Shown here: positions 63,401 to 64,000 of the stretch, one piece after another | Position numbering within the stretch: position 1 is the stretch's first letter | Layout of the letters: each line of letters starts with the position of its first letter | Origin: the human T2T-CHM13v2.0 reference genome, Homo sapiens | DNA length: 64,000 bases | Assembly: GCF_009914755.1 (NCBI RefSeq) | Contig: NC_060931.1 | Strand: one strand, 5' to 3' | Translations under genes and position numbers: made by a program | Notes under the pieces: generated by a model | Seen by the model: the letters and a program-made list of their open reading frames with translations, nothing else | Database searches by the model: none | Told to the model about the DNA's origin: nothing

Positions 63401-63904
63401 TTTTAAAAGGTCTGAAAGTTAGGACTGATTAAATGAGAGTATTTTTGTTATACTTGACATTTCAACAACCATACTGATTTACAATCAATAGGGAAATAAT
63501 CTCTGCTCACTGCCCACCTTTTTCTGGATCTCCTCCTTCTCCTCACAATTATCTCCCTAAAACTTGTGAATTACATACCTACTCTAGTAAAATCACTAAA
63601 CCAAGTCCTACAGTAACCTGTTAACTAACCAACCAAAGAGTGTGGGAAAACCCACTCTATTTAGCCTCAAAGGCTTACAAAACACTCCTACAATAAAAGA
63701 TAAACTGAACACAAGTATCTATACGATAAGTGGCGAGTGAGCATTCCCAGTACTTGCTATTAGAGGTGTAATGATCTAGGACAGCTTCAGGCAAAGATTA
63801 TTCCCACCTGGAACTTGAAGTTTTAGTAGAATTCTAATCAGTGGAGATAACAAAAAAGGATATTCCACAGGGGAAGAGATGGCAGGTGCAAAGTTCAGAG
63901 GTAA

Positions 63905-64000
63905 AATTTGTAGACCCATGTTCATAGCAGCATAATTCACGATAGCCAAAATACACAACCAAACAGTATTCATTGAAAGATGAATGGATAAACAAAATGT
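63905..64000 (+). mobile_element. L1MB-like fragment running off the window
   Basis: 'acccatgttcatagcagcataattcacgatagccaaaa...gatgaatggataaacaaaatgt'. Confidence 0.8.

Overview
AT-rich, CpG-depleted primate (human/ape-like) genomic DNA that reads as intronic or intergenic. I recognise no host protein-coding exon, tRNA, rRNA or snRNA gene, CpG island or prokaryotic system. The only ORFs with real homology are LINE-1 remnants: the ORF2p C-terminus at 22363-22965 and an ORF1p fragment at 50097-50357. Much of the window is interspersed repeat: 8 Alu/Alu monomers, several L1 fragments, about a dozen LTRs (mostly MaLR: THE1, MST, MLT1; also MLT2 and LTR8-like), DNA transposons (MER58A, MER20, MER1B, MER2, MER45-like, Charlie4a-like), many MIR/L2 relics and microsatellites. 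Subfamily calls come from my recall of consensus sequences and need RepeatMasker confirmation; boundaries of old elements are approximate. I found no convincing novel biological system. The best leads are: (1) a repeat-free octamer/RUNX/E2A/NF-kB motif cluster at ~25.1-25.4 kb that overlaps an exon-like unit; (2) a repeat-poor block at ~59.3-61.9 kb with a PBX-MEIS/PREP decamer; (3) a 93-nt pure-purine GAA/GGA/GAAGGA tract; (4) a TSD-flanked L1PA with apparently mosaic subfamily diagnostics; (5) two sense-oriented MaLR internal+LTR cassettes that could act as terminal exons for a + strand non-coding transcript.
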